From: Parasitella parasitica NRRL 2501
Lineage: Eukaryota > Fungi > Mucoromycota
NCBI GenBank assembly: GCA_025201805.1
Contig: MU619323.1
Span: 31,294 to 83,545 of the forward strand
DNA: 52,252 bases
Direction of reading: 5' to 3'
Part shown: piece by piece, positions 46,862 through 52,252 of the stretch
Layout of the letters: each line of letters starts with the position of its first letter
Numbering within the stretch: position 1 is the stretch's first letter
The notes under the pieces: generated by a model
What the model was told of the DNA's origin: nothing
The model's database searches: none
What the model saw: only the letters and a program-made list of their open reading frames with translations
Translations under genes and position numbers: made by a program

Positions 46862-48133
46862 TATAATTGTTTAATATATACCATTGCTGTATATTAGTTT
46901 GATAATTGTAACATGTATTTCCCTATAGAAATTTAATCGCTAATTAATAAACCATTGTGCTCCTAGGGCTTTTTTTTTTCCACTATTTCTGTATGTCTTG
47001 CGATCTATATTCGCCTCCTGGATGATAAATGCAATGCACAATTTAAATAATGCAATGCACGTGTATGTCACAAGGGATATTGTATTTCTGCATTTTCTTA
47101 TTGTGCTGTGCTGTATTAAAGGTAGATCTCGTAAAATCAAGATGCAATGCACCATTCTACATGTGTAGCATTCAAATACGAAATGTCGTAGGTTACTACT
47201 GCTCCAAGTTTTATACATGTCTAATCACTTCAAGATCATCGAATTTGGCAATAATAGTCCAACATTACAGGAGACGTCTGTATCAACAAANNNNNNNNNN
47301 AAAAAAAAAAAAAAAAAAAAAAAAAAAAGACTAAATACATTAATGAATATTCTTGAAAAATCTATTATTTGATCATTGGATTTTTGTAAAGAAAACCAAC
47401 CTTATTTATAATAAAACTAAAGTCGCTTTTATTAAATCAGCACGTTTTGAATTTACATCTTTATAGCAGCCCCTTCTCCTATCAGTTTACCCATTCAAAG
47501 ATGTTACATTGTTTGCATAATGAGCATAATCTTGAACAGCTTTGTGAGAAACCGGATCCACCTACTATGATGCTGCAACCTGCCCTAAAAACACACAGTG
47601 TGCCCTATAAGCTGGCACGAATAAAAGTGCCTGTCTGCTGCTATGAAAGTTTCATAGCTATAAGTCGTATACATGAATGCTTTTATTCAATGAACTTGCA
47701 AAGAATCAAACAAAAAAAAAAACAGTGCATCGAGAGGACATTAACATTAAAATTTTACCAATATCAAGTAGCTACAGCGTTGCGCATGCATCAAACATAA
47801 CGACAACTCATATGTGAAATCGAACATTTAGGAAAGAACGTATTTAAAAAAATTACTCGCCAAAAATAAACAAATTCCATCATGGTTAAAAATGCTTGAC
47901 CTTGATACCCTCTGTCAGACGTAAGAACTGGACATTTTAAACATAAAAGATGATTTTTTTTTTTAAAAAGAATAAATAGACACCATCATAGAAGTTAGCA
48001 AGATTGATGATAGCTTTGATTGTCCTGAGTGTTCAAGCAAGCTCGGTAATCAACACCCATCTTAAAATCAAGCATAGCAGCCACTGCGAAGTCTTGAAGA
48101 TAATACTAACGATGATTCTACAGTCTTTTTATG

Positions 48134-48283
48134 GTTTCTGGAAAAAAAAAAGTTCAAGTAAATGATAAATGTCACGGTGTTTGCGATAATATAAATGAGA
48201 GTTTCTGATAACAAATCTTCTATTTCTGATAAAAGCTGAAAAGTTTCTGAGAGAAGAAAAATGTTTCCCTAAGAATATCAAGT
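48134..48283 (-). repeat. Diverged dispersed repeat, copy A (inverted relative to 50863-51008)
   Basis: AAAAAGTTCAAGTAAATGATAAA...GTTTCTGA..GAAGA.AAATGT.TCCCTAA aligns with the reverse complement of 50863-51008. Confidence 0.85.
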
Positions 48284-50862
48284 AAGGACAAGAAATATTA
48301 AATACAAGTACGTTTTTAGATTAAAAATGCCCAAGAATAGAGAACATTTTATATGATCTGCGAAACTGCTTTGCCCTAATTATTTTATTTTTAATCAAAC
48401 AGCCATTGTTGCAGGAACAATAAGCATTTTTAAATGAATGACTATTTGGGTTTCTACTATCCCATTTTCCAATACAATGAGAATTTTTTATCAACACTAT
48501 CGACATGTACTTCAGATACCTGAAACTGAACAATCACGAACGGGCCACAACACAGAATTGTTTGAATTTCCTATTGTTTTAATGTTGATAAATTATTTCA
48601 AATATATCCGTTGGATATCAGACATCTAAATAAGTTCAAATATTTAGAGAAGTCTACAGAACTGCAACGATATTTAAACTAAATTGCAAAATCATCAAAG
48701 TATTGAACTATCAAACTATCAAATCTCTATTTTTATAACTTCGCATTGTCATTTTATGTCCATCTGTTAAGCTAGCAATCCAATATCAAGGAACGAATAC
48801 TCGTTATTACGAACGAATTGGTGTACAGAAATGTGCTTGATATAGCGAGTTATCCCCTATTCAGAAATTGATACTCTACAGCAGAGTGCCTGGAACCTGG
48901 AACCTGTAATTCACCAAAACCTTATTATGAAGATTGACTTTTGTTACTAAAATTACCTTCAACCTCAATCCTAACCTCTATTCTACTTTCTATTTTACAT
49001 GTTTAGCATTAGAATCACAAAAAAAGGAATTTTCGAGCTGACATTAAGCATTAGTATAAGCAGCAATGGAAGCAGGGCTTTTCTGTCACTAGCAATTAGA
49101 AATTTATGAATTATTCACAACTAACAAGAAGTTATTACAACAAAGCATTATATCCATTAATTATCTTCTTCTGCTTGCAACTCGATAGGCCACACCTGTT
49201 TGATCATTTTACTATGAATAAAGATTTACTTGCGATATCAAAATGCTTACTTTATAGAGCTGTGTCATATACTAGAGTTAATATTGACGTAATATTATAG
49301 CCAGATGGATATTTTTTACAGCTTAAAAGCAATAACTTTAGCTTCGTATACCATTTTTTGATCGATTCTTATAAACAAAAGTGCCCTGAAATCACGAGAA
49401 ATAGTATCCATTGGGAAAGAACTATATTTTATATGGTTTTGGTGCAATTTGAGCATGATTTTTTTTTCGATGCAAAATGGCGGATTTTTTCGATTTTTTC
49501 CTTGTATCCACCCATCCAAAATCATCGATTATGCATTATCCTCGATTTTGACCTCAAAAATACAACTTTTTACTATAGCATATATTGGTGGAAAATGACC
49601 GTAAAAGACCATTCCTTGATCTGAAAGACTGGAAATGCGCTCTAATTAAGCAAAATATTGACTTTCTCTTCTTGATCCGTTTTTGGGTTTTTCTTGGCAG
49701 AACTTCTTCCACAAGCATACGGGGATTATGAAAATGACACGATCGTGTAGAGGGCCCAAAAATACAGCTATTATCATAGACTGACAGCCGTGGTATGCAT
49801 AGTATCAAAAGATGATAATTTGCCTTAAAAAAGTAATTTTATTTTCGAAATGTCCAAATGGAGTTTCTGGAAGAATTTTTTCTTCCTGATTTTGGACCCG
49901 TTTAATCGCCGCAATCAAGTCAAAATGGTGTTTTTTTGAAGAGAGCATTAGCTTTAAGAAGCCACAACTTACCCAATTCAAGAGAAAAACAAACGAAAAA
50001 TAATTTATTCAAATATTGTGCTTCTTGGCTTTCTAATGGTAGTACTTGCATGCCTGTACCTGGCCTGACGATCTCACGCTCCGATTTTGAAAAATACTTT
50101 TTCGAAAAAATAGTCAGAAAAGTCGCTACCTTCATCTGATGTCAACTTAAAAAGTACAAAAAATTGCTCTAAGCTATGCAAAAATGTAATCAAAAGGTGC
50201 CTTATAGTCTAATGCGTTACTTTGTCTTACTTTTTTTTGTATTTGAAATCGCTAGACATTATTTTCTTATAATTTTTGACTTTTTTTTCTGACAATAACA
50301 CACTGAAGTTAGCGTAGATCAAAAAAAGAAAAAAAAAATCAGACGCCTAAAACCATTGGTGGCTTTACAAAGACACACTTTTGAACCATTCCAATATAAT
50401 GGAAAAGGTGGCACAGGTTTGATTAGCTGTTTTACTGTGCAACTGGATATACAGAATCCAGCTTGGTACTGGTCTGACAAGACCTTCTACACTAGAAGAC
50501 GCCAGATCAACTGAAGGTATAAGAAAATGCCAGAGAAAAGGAAACAATCTGGCATCAGGATAACACAACCATTTATACAAAGTTATCTGTATAGAAATTT
50601 ATGATTTCAAGCACATAAATGAATCTTGCTGTCCTTCCTGAATCATTTAAGGGTTCTAGATCCAAAGTCAACAGACATACTTACACCCAGAATCCCAGAT
50701 GTTTGGCAATAGGCAACCGTAACCAACCTTTTTTAAAGACTATTTTTTGAACTTCAAGATATGATGCAATTAGCTTATTTTACAACACATTCTCTTAATA
50801 TCTTCACAACGAATGAAACAAATTGGTGCAACTACCCTTTTCCTTTAAATATGGAAATCCCC

Positions 50863-51008
50863 ACTTGAGATCTTTTTAGGGAGACATTTCTCTTCCCTCA
50901 GAAACTTCTTAGTTTTTATCAGAGATAAAAGATTTGCTACCAGAAACCCTAATATATATTATCACAATCACCATAACCTTTATCATTTACTTGAACTTTT
51001 TCTGAAAC
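50863..51008 (+). repeat. Diverged dispersed repeat, copy B
   Basis: See copy A. The shared frame reads LGRHFSSLRNFLVFIRDKRFATRNPNIYYHNHHNLYHLLELF. Confidence 0.85.
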
Positions 51009-51069
51009 TGCAGAATGACAGTACAGTGAGAACGGTAAATTTTGTCACTTTCAAGACAATTAAATGTCA

Positions 51070-51832
51070 GTTTTGATCTATGTCCCTTTTAGATTTTCAT
51101 CAAGATCCATGATATCAAGCAGAGCATTCATGAATCCGATAAAGTGCGCAGTTATTGTATCTTTTGATATCAATTCTGAAATATCTTGCAGACTACTCTT
51201 TTATTATCATCAATATACTCTGTAGCTGGCTCTTGTACAATAAATCTACCTATAGTATGTTTTTGCTCTTTTTGCTACTTTTATTTCTCTTGCTTGTAGA
51301 TGTCTTGTTACTTTAAAGCTTCTTCCGTTGGTCGTGGCTTCTTTATCGTTACATGGATGACGCTAGATGCATGTATAACTTCAATAATCGTATGATATAG
51401 GCTCTTCGTTTTAGTTGTCTTCACTATGGAAAACGCTTCAATATCTGCTCTGGCCCAATTATTTCACTATTTCATAAACCGCCCATATCTTACCTCCTCA
51501 AGTAATGATTAAGCTACGTTTTGGAAATAGAAAAGCCCACGAATTCCTCAAGTAGCTCGCCGATAATATCTTCAGAAGAAAGCTGGGGGTTCTTATCAAG
51601 TAATCATTTGAATTTATGCCTCACGTTTAGTTGTGAAAGAGCTTGGACGGCCAGTGTTATTTTTTGAAAGCTTGTATGGCACTTCATTTATTTCCTGATA
51701 ACGTTTCCACCATCTCCGAGCAGCGCGAGGCTCAATACCGAGTTCTTTTGCAAATCAAATCATCCTTCCTCTTTCTTCGGCGCTTTCTAACATTTGATTT
51801 ATAAACACCTCTCCTGTATTATTGCTAGCCAT
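51070..51832 (-). pseudogene. Heavily decayed Tc1-like transposase
   Basis: Fragments in shifting frames, with many stops and deletions: FAKELGIEPRAARRWW (HTH), NTGRPSSFT, DIIGELLEEFVGFSISKT, HTIIEVIHASSVIHV and TAHFIGFMNALLDIMDLDENLKG. Confidence 0.8.
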
Positions 51833-52252
51833 TATACAAGAACAACATCCAATATTTGTTTTGGACCGGACCTATGTACACCGCATCCTTCAATCCTACA
51901 CTGTCCTCTATAGCAAATTAATGCATGCATTCATCCATTCACCAAGAGATTATTTTCTTATAAGTTTTATAATGTCGATTCAATAAGTTCATCTGTCACG
52001 AAGGTAGGGTATATCATATGTTTAATTGTCAACCTCTTTTATTTGAAAAAGCAATGTTGAATTTTTGTCAAAATTAGGAAAAAAAAAAATTATAAAGTCT
52101 GATTTCATAAGCGATTGAACATCTTAATATTTTAACTAAGCATCATATATTGAACCTAGAAATAATATAGAAGAATGTCCAATTTCATACATGAACAATG
52201 ATTAGTTTAATGTGTTGCTTGTTTCTGCAAACAAAGGGGTTTTTTTTTTTTT

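Noticed and set aside
48005-48080. C2H2-like fragment (FDCPECSSK...THLKIKH)
   Set aside because: Needs a frameshift and is too short to support a gene call.
49300-50260. Possible non-autonomous element rich in CGATTTT motifs
   Set aside because: No matching termini or target-site duplication found by eye; a genome-wide search is needed.

Overview
AT-rich, intron-containing eukaryotic DNA. Short GT-AG introns of about 55-110 nt, the gene content and the Tc1-type DD34E remnants point to a Mucorales-type early-diverging fungus (inferred; the species cannot be called). About 20 protein genes are supported: NBP2-like SH3 adaptor, IPP1, RPS6, WHI2, HLJ1-type DnaJ, NOP1, TUM1/MPST, an ALMT/FUSC-type transporter, SNU13, two GPI-type secreted proteins, SOF1, a CUE5-like protein, a BUD14/Tea4-like SH3-RA protein, BPL1, heme oxygenase, an unknown membrane protein, a PPR protein, GDB1 and an SBF/RCH1-like transporter. 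There are also at least five decayed Tc1/IS630-superfamily pieces, a probable solo LTR and three assembly gaps. No tRNA, rRNA, CRISPR array or clear snoRNA was seen. I did not find a demonstrably new system. The best leads are: three U3-snoRNP/SSU-processome genes (NOP1, SNU13, SOF1) plus RPS6 within about 18.5 kb; a heme oxygenase with a tandem CPAFxxGCP N-terminal module; two consecutive GC-AG introns in GDB1; a PTS1-type C-terminus on IPP1; and an HLJ1 gene whose unspliced frame stays open while losing the HPD motif. Exon boundaries were read by hand and are approximate unless stated.
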